DNA of 4,779 nucleotides from Escherichia coli (GTDB lineage Bacteria; Pseudomonadota; Gammaproteobacteria; Enterobacterales; Enterobacteriaceae): NCBI RefSeq assembly GCF_965641715.1, contig NZ_OZ282459.1; one strand, 5' to 3'. Shown piece by piece: positions 4,622 to 4,779 of this stretch (position 1 is its first letter; each line of letters starts with the position of its first letter). The notes under the pieces were generated by a model. It saw only the letters and a program-made list of their open reading frames with translations, ran no database searches and was not told where the DNA came from. The position numbers and the translations under genes were made by a program.

Positions 4622-4779
4622 TTATGCATGATTCCCTTTCGCTACGCGACGATACATGCCAATATCACTTATCTCACTTATTGTGAACTCGGTTAGATTT
4701 TTCTTTGCTGAGCTCCCAGGTCTGATTTCAAGAGTATATAACAAATCAAGAAGTTCTTTTCTGCTATATTTCTGATCGT
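4622..4779 (-). CDS. Hypothetical protein, C-terminal 52 codons only (ORF enters from beyond the window end)
   Basis: Minus-strand open frame from the window edge to TAA at 4624..4622: ...DQKYSRKELLDLLYTLEIRPGSSAKKNLTEFTISEISDIGMYRRVAKGNHA*. AT-rich, followed immediately by the terminator hairpin. No recognisable motif. Confidence 0.45.
   Translation of the reverse strand, partial: DQKYSRKELLDLLYTLEIRPGSSAKKNLTEFTISEISDIGMYRRVAKGNHA

Noticed and set aside
1-4779. CRISPR array, IS/transposon ends, integrase, toxin-antitoxin pair, colicin/immunity/lysis genes, rom/rop
   Set aside because: No regularly spaced direct repeats, no terminal inverted repeats with a transposase-like ORF, and no ORFs resembling these products were seen in this window. 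Absence applies to the window only.

Overview
This window is the backbone of a small mobilizable ColE1-family plasmid (higher G+C, roughly 1220-4360) flanked on both sides by visibly AT-rich cargo that runs off both window ends. The backbone holds: (i) a p15A/ColE1-type RNA II / RNA I replication origin on the + strand (~1218-1745), recognised from memory of the pBR322 and p15A origin sequences; (ii) a bom/oriT-like region (~1976-2068); (iii) a ColE1-type mob operon with mbeC, the mbeA relaxase (catalytic Tyr19 and His97/Glu104/Asn106 HEN motif at the expected residues) and mbeB and mbeD nested in the +1 frame of mbeA; (iv) a small SD-preceded 39-codon ORF; and (v) a cer-like XerC/XerD site (core 4329-4356). 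The left cargo (1-1125, minus strand) encodes a ParA/MinD-family deviant Walker A ATPase whose stop overlaps (ATGA) the start of a downstream gene of unknown function that continues past position 1. The right cargo (4380-4779, minus strand) holds the 3' end of an unknown gene, a bidirectional terminator hairpin and a 61-aa DUF2158/YodC-like ORF. The best candidate for an undescribed system is this low-GC ParA-like-ATPase module: a partition-type ATPase with an unrecognisable coupled partner is not what a small ColE1-type replicon normally needs, and one flank abuts the Xer site. No homology search, composition calculation or structure prediction was run, so all family assignments rest on motif recognition and recall.
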